From Eledone cirrhosa (lineage: Eukaryota), in assembly GCA_964016885.1 (NCBI GenBank), contig OZ024744.1, positions 97,774,001 to 97,838,000 of the forward strand: a DNA stretch of 64,000 nt, in the 5' to 3' direction. A program made the translations under genes and the position numbers. Every line of letters begins with the position of its first letter. Positions within the stretch are counted from its first letter, which is position 1. Under the pieces are notes generated by a model, which did not search any database, was not told the DNA's origin, and was given only the letters and a program-made list of their open reading frames with translations. Below, one piece after another: positions 12,649 through 25,353 of this stretch.

Positions 12649-13386
12649 TAGGGATTCCTTTCTTTGTTTCTGTGCCTCTCCTTTGTTCTGTCCTACGCCA
12701 TTTTGTTTCTGTGTGTGTGTTGTGTGCTCAGTCTGCGCATGCGCCACATCCGGGTGTCTGTGTGTGTTTATGTTCATTTATTTATTTGTTTATTTACATG
12801 TTACTGGTTGGTTGTTTGTTCTATGTGTGTGTGTGTTTTCATTTTGTCCTTAATTGTAAGTTGTGATGTTGCTGTTCCACTCATATTTTCTATTTAATTT
12901 TGGTTGTAATTCTTTTATGTTTATTGCCTCTGTAATTTGTCTAAACATTGCGTCTTTTCTGTGTGTAGATTCTATTTTTATTTCTATGTTCTCTAATTTA
13001 CCCTTGTGTTCTATCTTAGCATGTTGGTAGAGTACAGATGATTCTTTACTATCTTGAAGGTCTCGCCAGTATTCATTTATCCGTTCCCCTACACTACGAG
13101 CTGTCTCACCTATGTACACTATATTTTTGTCTCTACATTGTCCTTCGGTACATCTTATGCTATACACTACATTTCTAGTTTTACAGTTAATATGGGGGCT
13201 TATTTTACAGGTTATACATTTCTTATCTATACATGAGGGTCTTTGAAAAGGGTATGTTTTGCTAATGAGTGTTTTTACGGAGGTACCTGGTCTTTCTACT
13301 ATCTTAATATTGAGTTTGTGTTTATTTAGGGCCCTTCTAAATTTGTAAGCTAATTCACCTCTAGGGGTTGTAAATACCAGAGTGTA

Positions 13387-13920
13387 ATGTTCATCGATAC
13401 AACCCCTAGAGGTGAATTAGCTTACAAATTTAGAAGGGCCCTAAATAAACATAAACTCAATATTAAGATAGTAGAAAGACCAGGTACCTCCGTAAAAACA
13501 CTTATTAGCAAGACATACCCTTTTCAAAGACCCTCATGTATAGATAAGAAATGTATAACCTGTAAAATAAGCCCCCATATTAACTGTAAAACTAGAAATG
13601 TAGTGTATAGCATAAGATGTACTGAAGGACAATGTAGAGACAAAAATATAGTGTACATAGGTGAGACAGCTCGTAGTGTAGGGGAACGGATAAATGAGCA
13701 CTGGCGAGACCCTCAAGATAATAAAGAATCATCTGTACTCTACCAACATGCTAAGATAGAACACAAGGGTAAATTAGAGAACATAGAAATAAAAATAGAA
13801 TCTACACACAGAAAAGACGCAATGTTTAGACAAATTACAGAGGCAATAAACATAAAAGAATTACAACCAAAATTAAATAGAAAATATGAGTGGAACAGCA
13901 ACATCACAACTTACAATTAA
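13387..13920 (+). CDS. PLE GIY-YIG endonuclease ORF (177 aa, no RT)
   Basis: CxxxxCxxC, NVVYSIRC...VYIGETARS, ERINEH, QH, E...I...PKLN. Confidence 0.8.
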   Translation: MFIDTTPRGELAYKFRRALNKHKLNIKIVERPGTSVKTLISKTYPFQRPSCIDKKCITCKISPHINCKTRNVVYSIRCTEGQCRDKNIVYIGETARSVGERINEHWRDPQDNKESSVLYQHAKIEHKGKLENIEIKIESTHRKDAMFRQITEAINIKELQPKLNRKYEWNSNITTYN

Positions 13921-14121
13921 GGACAAAATGAAAACACACACACACATAGAACAAATAACCAACCAGTAACATGTAAATAAACAAATAAATAAATGAACAT
14001 AAACACACACAGACACCCGGATGTGGCGCATGCGCAGACTGAGCACACAACACACACACAGAAACAAAATGGCGTAGGACAGAACAAAGGAGAGGCACAG
14101 AAACAAAGAAAGGAATCCTCA

Positions 14122-14164
14122 GTCACTGAAGAGGTCACAGAGTGTGTGACGAAAGAACTATGAC
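14122..14164 (+). ncRNA. Minimal type-I hammerhead ribozyme motif (PLE family A)
   Basis: Same architecture as 12606-12648. Confidence 0.7.
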
Positions 14165-14305
14165 AATATATAAACAACTATCTGGTTGTGGAACCAACCA
14201 ACCAACCAGAAATTTATAAATTTATTATAAATTTATTATAATAAATTGAAGTGAATGCAACTGGTGCGTGTGTTTCTTATTGGCAACATGACCCTCCCAA
14301 AGTAT

Positions 14306-14341
<36 letters not shown>

Positions 14342-14530
14342 AGGTTCGGATCTAGCTGTCGAAGCGACCGCTGCTCATACACCGGGGTCCTGACTCTTTT
14401 CCCTAACGCCAGCACCAACAGTTTAGCAAGAGATGTCAACATGAATGAACCTGTTATTTTTATCTAAAGGCATTTTTTCCAATACCAAACCAGCCGTCCC
14501 CTCCCTCAATCTATCTTATTTCTCATTTTT

Positions 14531-14566
14531 TCTTCTGATGAAGGATTAGCGTCCGAAACCTTAAGA
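14531..14566 (+). ncRNA. Minimal hammerhead motif (PLE family B 3' region fragment, 14340-14645)
   Basis: TCTT-CTGATGA-AGGA ttagcg TCC-GAAA-CC-TT-AAGA. The surrounding ~200 bp matches 38210-38410 in reverse. Confidence 0.65.
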
Positions 14567-14743
14567 CCCTCTTCCTGCTATGTCAAGCGTTAACCTAATA
14601 TATCCCTTCCATATACTGTACCGATTATGTTGTTATTTCTGTTTACCTTTTACATATATACACATATATATATATAACTATATGTATATATAACAATATA
14701 TAACAATATATATATATATATATACACATATATATATATGTAT

Positions 14744-14785
<42 letters not shown>

Positions 14786-15454
14786 ATATATATATAACAA
14801 TAAGGGTGTGGTAAGATACCAGGTGGACCATAATGCACCAGTGTACTCAATACTTAGGTTAGTAGAGTGGGTAATAGGAAAAGAGTCAGGACCACGACGG
14901 CTGAGCTCCGGCCGTTTCAACAGCTCGATCCATATATATGTCTATACATATATATAAAACTGAAATTGTCTGTGTGCAAAATCTATACAAATCCTCATTT
15001 CTACTCCAATTGACTTCAAACTTGCATTTATATATTCCTTGCGGTCTAAAGACATTAACTGCAGCTTTTATTTTTCAAACTTCTGTTGTTAAAGGCGTGT
15101 TAGGCGCCGGTTATCGTTCTCTCTCTCTTTCTTTCTTAGTCTGTCTTTTTAGATAGATACATAGCTATAACGTCGCGCCCTTATAATATCTGTCTGTATG
15201 TCTGGCTGTCTGCATTACGACATTATGACAAAAATTTTTCTCATTGCTGACGTGTTATCTTTGCTATTATCCGTTCATTGCCAGGGAATGTCTTCACGAA
15301 CCAAAGTATCACCTTCCTGTTTTCCTTCGGTTGAAACCTTTTTCGAAATATTTACTTCTGCGTTCACAGATTGATTTTTTAATTTCAGAAGATCCCGTTA
15401 AGGGTAAAAGCAGCGATTCTTTGCTTAAACTTTAATCTGTTATTTTAATAAATA

Positions 15455-16262
15455 CTATCAGAATGGCCCGGCGTTGCTCGGGATTTGCTCTAGGGTTCTT
15501 ATATATTTGATATATATTTATCCATCTGAGCCTCGTGAAGTAAATACGTTTGTTTATATTTTGTTATTGTTTATGCAAAAATATCTATACACGAATATAT
15601 AAATAACAGTACAGAGAAGTACGGAATACCTCGGCTTCGGGTTGGTGTCTACATTTGGTGCTTATAAAAAAAGTTCGTCGTACGTTACCAGGGGTTTTTT
15701 CCGTTCGAAGAAAATCAATACTTTATCGCGAAATAAATACTTTTGTTTATATGTGTATGCAAAAATATCTGTCCACGAATATATAATTATATATATATAT
15801 TAAAATAACAGATTAAAGTTTAAGCAAATAATCGCTGCTTTCACCCTTAACAGGATCTTCTGGAACTAAAATAATAAATCTGTGAACGCAGAAGTAAATA
15901 TTTCGAAAAACGTTACATACTATATATATATATATACACACACTATATATACGTATACACACACACACACCGCGTCATAATGACGTAATGCAGACAGCCA
16001 GGCATACAGACAGATATTATAAGGGCGTAACGTAATATCTATGTATCTATCTAAAAAGAGAAAGACTAAGAGAGAGAGAAAGGGATCGCTGAAACGCCTA
16101 ATGCGGTCCCTAGAGCATTGAAAATTTGAAATTTTTTTTGCTCAGAACACTCAATAGGATTACATGTGCAAAGTTTGAAAACAATCGGTTGGGTGATTCT
16201 CGATTTTTAGTGATTGTACAGACAGACAGACAAACTGACATTTTCTGTTTTAGTAATATAGA
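15455..16262 (-). mobile_element. Non-autonomous Helitron of the same family nested in opposite orientation
   Basis: - strand begins TCTATATTACTAAAAC...GTCTGTCTG and ends CCCGAGCAACGCCGGG...CTGATAG. Host sequence resumes at 16263. Confidence 0.7.
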
Positions 16263-16658
16263 AATATATATAATTATATATTCGTGTACAGATATTTTTG
16301 CATACACAAACACAAAATATAAACAAACGTATTTATTTCACGAAAGCACAGACGGCTTATCGTCATTGTTACTGCCGATATGCCACCCAAAAAGTCCCAC
16401 TACTTTTGGCACAAGGCCAGCAATTAGATAGTCAACGGTTCGGAAATCACTGACGAGTTTACTCCTTACTCTACCAGTTAGTCTTAGTGTACTTCGTCCT
16501 GCTTTTAGGTCATGCCTCGAAGGAAGAGATACTCCATTGGCCGAAATAATGCGACGGCGAGCAAAAGAATCGTCAGTGGAATCTGCTATTCGACGGTCGC
16601 AAGATGCTGAATGTACTGCCGCCAGAAGAGCACTTGAAACAGACAACCAACGAACCAT

Positions 16659-16877
16659 TTGCCGAACCGTGTCAGCTTTGCAATGTCTATCAACAAATCC
16701 CAGGGTCAGACCCTAGGTGCTGCTGGTCTTCTTTTGGAACAGTCATGTTTTTCACACACGCAACTATACGTTGGCTACTCAAGAGTGGGAAGCAAGTCAA
16801 ATCTTTTTGCATATGCCCGACACGGAAGAACAAGTAACATTGTGTACAAGGAGGTGCTACAATCATTGCTTAGGTAG
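16659..16877 (+). pseudogene. Helitron PIF1-like helicase C-terminal fragment
   Basis: SINKSQGQT and SH.QLYV..SR motifs. Confidence 0.85.
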
Positions 16878-17302
16878 ACGAGGCCGAAGGGGATATACAC
16901 GATTGGCTGAAGAAGGACGAGACTGTGCTAGTAGTACGACCAACGGCTGCTATCACACCAACAGCAGCAAAAACAACAACAAAAAAGAGAGGGAACGCAA
17001 TTATATGCTTTTGAAAAATCTTAATGGAAAATTATTTGCCTAAGCACATAATGTAGACACCATCCCCAGGCCGAGGTATTCTGTACTTCTCTGTACTGTT
17101 TCAGAAAGGAGGGATAAATATGCCAATCTATGTTTAGAAGCCCTAGCAGCGCCGAGCTATTCTGCTAGTATATATATAATTTTTTCTACTTTAGGCACAA
17201 GGCCAGCAATTACCCAGTGCATTACTGGTACTTTATTTTATCGACCCCGTAAGGATGAAAGGCAAAGTCAGTAATAAAATTTCGCTCTACATGGCTGAAT
17301 AC

Positions 17303-17622
17303 AATAAATGTTATCTGAGTTTTTCGAATATTAATAATAATATTCGATTCGTTTGCAATTATGGAGACTCTATTAAGCCATGTCAGTAGAATGAGCCCTT
17401 CATTCTTGCTCTTGTGTTGGCATGTAAACAGAACTGCAGACACTAATGTTTCTTCATCAGTACAGTTCACTGTTCACCTGTACAGTTCTGTTTACATGCC
17501 AACACAAGAGCAAGAATGAAGGGTTCATTCTACTGACATGGTTTTAAAAAAGAGGCTGTTTGCATAATTGCAAACGAATCGAATATTATTAGTAATATTC
17601 GAAAAACTCAGATTACATTTAT
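17303..17622. repeat. Fold-back element with ~135-bp arms
   Basis: ATAAATG..ATCTGAGTTTTTCGAATATT...GGCATGTAAACAGAACTG is mirrored by CAGTTCTGTTTACATGCC...AATATTCGAAAAACTCAGAT..CATTTAT. Confidence 0.85.
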
Positions 17623-17647
17623 ATATATATATATATATAACTTATTC

Positions 17648-18859
17648 ATGGTATGGTGGGACAGTAGACTTAAACAAAAACTTAAAGAACAATTAGAAGA
17701 CAGCTTAACCCTGATAATGTACTCCCGCTACGTAGATGATATAAACATCGTAGTTAAGACACCCCCACTAAAGAACAGTCAGGAACTAGAGAAAAACACA
17801 ATGGAAAGCATCCAGCAAATAGCAAACTCCATCCACCAGAGCATTAGAGTTACTATAGACTACCCAAGTAGACACCCCAACCATCGATTACCTGTACTAG
17901 ACACAGAGCTCTGGTTAGATACCATTAACAACCAAAAACAAATCCTCCATTCCCATTATGCCAAACCCATGACTTCCAAACATCTGATCCACCGAAACTC
18001 GGCCATTTCGGACCATACCAAAATCAACATACTGATTGCGGATTTGGTACGGGTGATGAGAAATGGGTCCCGCATGTGCAACCCCGAAAAACTAGAGAGA
18101 CACATACAACACTTCATCCACCGTATGCAGTTCTCTGGCTACAATCAGAGAGATAGAATCAGAGTGTATAAAGGAGCCAGAACCAAATGGGAAAAAATGG
18201 TAAATAATGACATAAATGGGACCTGCCCCTTGTATAGGAGCACATTTTTGAATAGAATAGAAAGAACTAGGAACAAGGCCAATAGAATAAACTCATGGTA
18301 TGATAGCAATAAATACCAGAGTGTAATGTTCATCAATACAACCCCTAGAGGCGAACTAGCCTACAAATTTAGAAGGGCCCTAAATAAACATAATCTCAAT
18401 ATTAAGATAGTAGAAAGACCAGGTACCTCCGTAAAAACACTTATTAGCAAGACATACCCGTTCCAAAGACCCTCATGTATAGATAAGAAATGTATAACCT
18501 GTAAAATAAGCCCCCATATTAACTGTAAAACTAGAAATGTAGTGTATAGCATAAGATGTACTGAAGGACAATGTAGAAACAAAAATATAGTGTACATAGG
18601 TGAGACAGCTCGTAGTATAGGGGAACGAATAAATGAACACTGGCGAGGCCTCCAAGATAATAAAGAATCATCTGTGCTCTACCAACATGCTAAGATAGAA
18701 CACAAGGGTAAATTAGAGAACATAGAAATAAAAATAGAATCCACACACAGAAAAGACGCAATGTTTAGGCAAATTACAGAGGCAGTAAGCATAAAAGAAT
18801 TAAAACCAAAATTAAATAGAAAATATGAGTGGAACAGCAAAATCACAACTTACAATTAA
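17648..18859 (+). CDS. PLE family A RT C-terminal half plus GIY-YIG (5'-truncated, open frame, 403 aa)
   Basis: YSRYVDD, LPVLDTELW, Y.KP and SGY motifs, then the same endonuclease as 13387-13920. The element continues to ~19378 and is (TA)n-flanked. Confidence 0.9.
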   Translation: MVWWDSRLKQKLKEQLEDSLTLIMYSRYVDDINIVVKTPPLKNSQELEKNTMESIQQIANSIHQSIRVTIDYPSRHPNHRLPVLDTELWLDTINNQKQILHSHYAKPMTSKHLIHRNSAISDHTKINILIADLVRVMRNGSRMCNPEKLERHIQHFIHRMQFSGYNQRDRIRVYKGARTKWEKMVNNDINGTCPLYRSTFLNRIERTRNKANRINSWYDSNKYQSVMFINTTPRGELAYKFRRALNKHNLNIKIVERPGTSVKTLISKTYPFQRPSCIDKKCITCKISPHINCKTRNVVYSIRCTEGQCRNKNIVYIGETARSIGERINEHWRGLQDNKESSVLYQHAKIEHKGKLENIEIKIESTHRKDAMFRQITEAVSIKELKPKLNRKYEWNSKITTYN

Positions 18860-19138
18860 GGACAAAATGAAAACACACACAGGACAAAATAAAAACACAC
18901 ACACACATAGAAAAAACAACTTACAATTAAGGACAAAATGAAAACACACACACACATAGAACAAACAACCAACCAACAATAAATAAATAAATAAATAAAC
19001 AAATAGATAAATGAACACAAACACACACAGACACCCGGATGTGGCGCATGCGCAAACTGAGCACACAACACACACACAGAAACAAAATGGCGTAGGATAG
19101 AAGAAAGGAAAGGCACAGAAACAAAGAAAGGAATCCCC

Positions 19139-19183
19139 AGTCACTGAAGAGGTCACAGAGTGTGTGACGAAAGGACTATGACT
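19139..19183 (+). ncRNA. Minimal type-I hammerhead ribozyme motif (PLE family A)
   Basis: AGTCA-CTGAAGA-G-GTCACA gagtg TGTGAC-GAAA-GGAC-TA-TGACT. Confidence 0.72.
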
Positions 19184-19373
19184 ATATATAAACAACTATC
19201 TGGTTGTGGAACCAACCAACCAACCAGAAATTTATAAGTTTGTAAATTTGTAAATTTATAAATTTATAAATTTGTAAATTTATAAATTTATAAATTTATA
19301 AATATATAATAAATTGAAGTGAAAGCAACTGGTGCGTGTGTTTCTTATTGGCAACATGACCCTCCCAAAGTAT

Positions 19374-19466
<93 letters not shown>

Positions 19467-19666
19467 AAAGTGAGGTTTTTTTTACAAAATGAAAAATAAC
19501 CGAGGTGTCCTACACGAGTAAAAGTATAAAGAAAAAAAGATGAAATCGAAAATGCAACTGGAATCTTATTTTAAAATATATATATATATTCATTTGGTTC
19601 CTTTACTGGTTTCGCAGTTCTTCTGCTTTTCAAAAGTAGAGTTGAGATGGACGGTCTGTGGTTTTT

Positions 19667-19774
<108 letters not shown>

Positions 19775-20274
19775 CGATATTAATAAATGGAAACTATATT
19801 TTATAAATATAAATATAGTTTCCATTTATTAATATCGTATATCTACTCCAAATACTTGTCGAGTGCTTTATATCAGTTATAAAAATATTTACTTGTTGTA
19901 TCCCAACAATTTAAATAGAACTTTTGCATATATATATATATATATATATATACTCATTAGTTAAGCAAAACAAGACCACAAATTTTATTATTATTATTAT
20001 TCTCTACATTCCTTACATCAAACTAAAATATGTTGACAATCTTTTAATAATGTCTTCCTTGTGAAATTTGTGGTCTTGTTTTGCTTAACTAATGAATATT
20101 TCCTGCTCTGCGCACCTAACTTCTGCATGAACCCAGCCACCTAGCTGCTTTCTACTGCATATTGCACATTGAGCACATGCCTTTACGCTTTGGCTTCTAA
20201 CTAATTCACCAATCTCTCCTCTCCTATCTCCTCTCCTATCTCCATCTCTCTCTTTAAGATTGGTTACTCTTGAA

Positions 20275-20311
<37 letters not shown>

Positions 20312-20317
20312 TTAGAT

Positions 20318-20353
<36 letters not shown>

Positions 20354-20359
20354 TTAGAT

Positions 20360-20413
<54 letters not shown>

Positions 20414-20446
20414 CATATATATATATATACATATACATATATACAC

Positions 20447-20478
<32 letters not shown>

Positions 20479-20534
20479 GTGTGTGCGTGTGTGTGTGTAT
20501 ATATATATATATATAAATGTGTGTGTGTGTATAT

Positions 20535-20567
<33 letters not shown>

Positions 20568-20586
20568 AATGTGTGTGTGTATATAT

Positions 20587-20884
<298 letters not shown>

Positions 20885-20888
20885 TATA

Positions 20889-21390
20889 TCTATATATATA
20901 AAGTTGTAGTTCCTGTCTGTTTGTTTGTGTGTTTGTTCACAAACTCCTCCTATGGTTTTGGAGATAGACCCCCATAACCATATATATTTTGACACTACAT
21001 TGCCCAGGGTACTTGGATAAGTATATTTCATTTTAATTAAGGGGTTCCCGGGGGACACAACCCCCGCTGAAAATGTTTCCCTTCGATTTATATGAAATTT
21101 AAACCATAGGTAAATGACAAGATATGATGCCTATTCACAAAAGTTTTCAATTGATATTTTGAAAAAAAAAATTTACAAGAAACAAAATAAGAATAAGTTT
21201 TAATAATGTAATTTTGATTTGATATATTACAAAAAATAAGGTTTTCCAATTATTCATGCATTACATTTTACATTGAGTAATATTGAAATGCAAAGTTTTT
21301 CTCCATAAATTATATCACTGATTTAAAATCAATCATCATTTTCTTACAAAAAATGTGTGAAACGCAGCAAGGCGCGGGTAATTCGGCTAG
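20889..21390 (+). mobile_element. Non-autonomous Helitron (second family)
   Basis: A|TC start with a (GTTT/GTCT) tract. Ends CGCAGCAAGGCGCGGG...CTAG|T. Confidence 0.7.
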
Positions 21391-21580
21391 TATATATATA
21401 GGGGAAAGAGTCAGGAACCCCCGACGGCTCAGCTCCAGCCGTTTAGACAGCTAGATCCGAATGTTGAAACGGCCGGAGCTCAGCCGTCGGGGTCCTAACT
21501 CTATTCCTATTACCCACTCTACTACCCTAAGTATTGAGTACTCTGGTGCGTTATGGTCAATCCGGGTATCTTACCAGACC

Positions 21581-21615
<35 letters not shown>

Positions 21616-21817
21616 ATATTTTGGGAGGGTAATGTTGCTAATAAAAACACACGCACCTGTTGGAATTCACTTTAATTTATTATAAATTTACGGTTGGTTG
21701 GTTCGATAAATTAAAATGAAAATCAATGGCTACATGACTCTCACAAAGTATAACAATATCTGTTTCAACACACATTTTTAGATAGGAAATCTCGCAAAAA
21801 AAATTCAAACAAATTAT

Positions 21818-21867
<50 letters not shown>

Positions 21868-22057
21868 GAAAAAACGGAGGTAAAAACTCGTGTTAATCCC
21901 CTGTAATTTAATGAGCTGGGAATATGCACCGGGCTCTTCATAATACATTTCACGTTGCTCCTTCTACCTGGAGTTGCGACCGATAGATAGTATTAGCAAC
22001 TGGAAAGACTGACGGAAACATTGTTTCCTCGGTTCGATTTGACGACAGTCAATCGTT

Positions 22058-22364
<307 letters not shown>

Positions 22365-22730
22365 AATAAGGGCGCTGCGGAGTTACAAATGGGTTACATA
22401 TGAAAAAAGTTTGTCCTTTATCAGTGATCTTCCAACCATCATAGGCATTTCATCGCTTTAAAGACCATATACCTCTGGTTGGTGCGAGCAACGGCTAAAA
22501 AAAGTCGTTAGGACACGTAAATAAAGGGGACACGAGGGTAAACAAACAAAATGGTGAAGCAACAGAAAGTGATGAAGAAGGAGACAAGTCCCAGATTTCT
22601 AAGAATTTAAGTTCGGTGAAATCGTGAACGAGAGAATAAAGACCATCAAACCTGGTTGAAATGTGAGCAAGGAAGGAATTTCGCACAGGTCTAACGGGAG
22701 GAAGAAGGGGTCTGGTCTGCGAATTAGGTA

Positions 22731-22789
<59 letters not shown>

Positions 22790-22796
<7 letters not shown>

Positions 22797-23320
22797 TAAC
22801 AGAAGATCCCGTTAAGGGTGAAAGCAGCGGTTCTTTGCTTAAACTTTAATCTGTTATTTTAATAAATATTTGCTCTAGGGTTCTTATATATTTGATATAT
22901 ATTTATCCTTATCGAGCCCTCTTTGGATTTTAGTCTTCAATTTTATTATTATTACTATTTGGCTCCCTCGGTTGAGCACTCTATTGACTTATATTCATCA
23001 TGCAGAAACAACATCTGAATATTTCTACAAAGAACATACCCGTACCAAGCAGAAAAACATACCTAAAACTTCTGAACCAAAGTATCGTCTTCCTGTCTTC
23101 CTCCGGTTGCAACGTTTTTTGAAATATCCAGTTCTGCGTTTACAGATTGACTTCGTTAGTTTCAGAAGATCCCGTTAAGGGTGAAAGCAGCGATTCTTTG
23201 CTTAAACGTTAATCTGTTATTTTAATAAATATTTGCTCTACGGTTCTTATATATTTGATATATATTTATCCTTATCGAGCCCTCTTTGGATTTTAGTCTT
23301 CAAATTTATTATTATTACTA
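22790..23320 (+). mobile_element. Two partial copies of the Helitron-family internal sequence seen at 15300-15530
   Basis: Shared CAGAAGATCCCGTTAAGGGTGAAAGCAGCG...TTAATCTGTTATTTTAATAAATA...TTTGCTCTA. Confidence 0.65.
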
Positions 23321-23345
23321 TATATATGTATATATATATATATTA

Positions 23346-24706
23346 TCTTGAAGGTCTCGCCAGTGTTCATTTATCCGTTCCCCTATACTACGAGCTGTCT
23401 CACCTATGTACACTATATTTTTGTTTCTACATTGTCCTTCAGTAATCTTATGCTATACACTACATTTCTAGTTTTACAGTTAATATGGGGGCTTATTTTA
23501 CAGGTTATACATTTCTTATCTATACATGAGGGTCTTTGAAACGGGTATGTCTTGCTAATAAGTGTTTTTACGGAGGTACCTGGTCTTTCTACTATCTTAA
23601 TATTGAGTATATATTTATTTAGGGCCCTTCTAAATTTGTAGGCTAGTTCGCCTCTAGGGGGTGTATCGATGAACATGTAATCCAGAGTGTAATGTTCATC
23701 GATACAACCCCTAGAGGCGAACTAGCCTACAAATTTAGAAGGGCCCTAAATAAATATAAACTCAATATTAAGATAGTAGAAAGACCAGGTACCTCCGTAA
23801 AAACACTTATTAGCAAGACATACCCGTTTCAAAGACCCTCATGTATAGATAAGAAATGTATAACCTGTAAAATAAGCCCCCATATTAACTGTAAAACTAG
23901 AAATGTAGTGTATAGCATAAGATGTACTGAAGGACAATGTAGAAACAAAAATATAGTGTACATAGGTGAGACAGCTCGTAGTATAGGGGAACGGATAAAT
24001 GAACACTGGCGAGACCTTCAAGATAATAAAGAATCATCTGTACTCTACCAACATGCTAAGATAGAACACAAGGGTAAATTAGAGAACATAGAAAGAAAAA
24101 TAGAATCTACATACAGAAAAGATGCAATGTTTAGACAAATTACAGAGGCAATAAACATAAAAGAATTACAACCAAAATTAAATAGAAAATATGAGTGGAA
24201 CAGCAACATCACAACTTACAATTAAGGACAAAATGAAAACACACACATAGAACAAACAACCAACCAATAACATGTAAATAAATAAACAAATAAATAAATA
24301 AACAAATAGATAAATGAACACAAACACACACAGACACCCGGATGTGGCGCATGCGCAAACTGAGCACACAACACACACACAGAAACAAAATGGCGTAGGA
24401 CAGAAGAAAGGAAAGGCACAGAAACAAAGAAAGGAATCCCCAGTCACTGAAGAGGTCACAGAGTGTGTGACGAAAGGACTATGACTATATATAAACAACT
24501 ATCTGGTTGTGGAACCAACCAACCAGCCAGAAATTTATAGATTTGTAGATTTGTAAATTTATAAATTTATAAATATATAATAAATTGAAGTGAAAGCAAC
24601 TGGTGCGTGTGTTTCTTATTGGCAACATGACCCTCCCAAAGTATAACAATATCGGTTTCAACACACGATTTCAGATAAAGAATCTTGCTAAACAAATTCA
24701 GAAACG

Positions 24707-24709
<3 letters not shown>
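23346..24709. mobile_element. PLE family A inverted pair (short - arm 23346-23676, + arm 23681-24709)
   Basis: 177-aa GIY-YIG ORF at 23692-24225, a partial inverted copy, and a hammerhead at 24442-24486. Confidence 0.9.
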
Positions 24710-24751
<42 letters not shown>

Positions 24752-24754
<3 letters not shown>

Positions 24755-25010
24755 GATATTAATAAATGGAAACTATATTTATAAAACCATATTTATTTCA
24801 TTATACATATTTCAGGGATACCATATTAAATTATGGTATGCCTTCATTATGGTATCTCTGAAATATGTTTCATGAAATAAATATGGTTTTATAAATATAG
24901 TTTCAATTTATTAATATCGTATATCTACTCCAAAAACTTGTCGAGTGCTTTATATCAGTTATAAAAATATTTACTTGTTGTATCCCAACAACTTTAAATA
25001 GATCTTTTGC
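24752..25010. repeat. (TA)n-embedded fold-back family (also 19772-19930, 41890-42090 and 42375-42468)
   Basis: TACGATATTAATAAATGGAAACTATATTTATAAAACCATATTTATTTCAT is mirrored at 24870-24922. Confidence 0.75.
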
Positions 25011-25299
25011 ATATATATATATGTATATATAAAGAAATTCGTTTTCAAATATACAAACTGGAAAGGTATGACCGTGTATTTTATTAATTTCCACGTGCTG
25101 TCGAAAAGTTGGGTAAATATTCTATAGCGGTTGCACGCGAAGACGCCACGATGCAGTTTTATTTACTGTTTCTTCATAGATGCCTTTTATTCTTATAGCC
25201 TGGTCTAATTGATTTTTTGTGTGGTTAATTATGCTGATTGGGAGTAGAGATGATGTATATATATTATCAAATAATTCTCTGGGCATGCTTTACTCTATA

Positions 25300-25348
<49 letters not shown>

Positions 25349-25353
<5 letters not shown>

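Larger units (their letters stand above)
12400..14308. mobile_element. Penelope-like element family A, head-to-head inverted pair (GIY-YIG plus 3' pLTR region)
   Basis: The - arm (12400-13370) and + arm (13371-14308) are near-identical reverse complements. Both ends abut (TA)n. Confidence 0.9.
14941..17168 (+). mobile_element. Helitron, internally deleted, with RepHel remnants
   Basis: 5' TCTATAC...GTCTGTG and 3' hairpin followed by CTAG|T. N-terminal MPRRKRYSIG at ~16513 joins the C-terminal PIF1 motif FAMSINKSQGQT...FSH.QLYV..SRV...TSNIVYKEVL (16659-16877). Confidence 0.8.
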
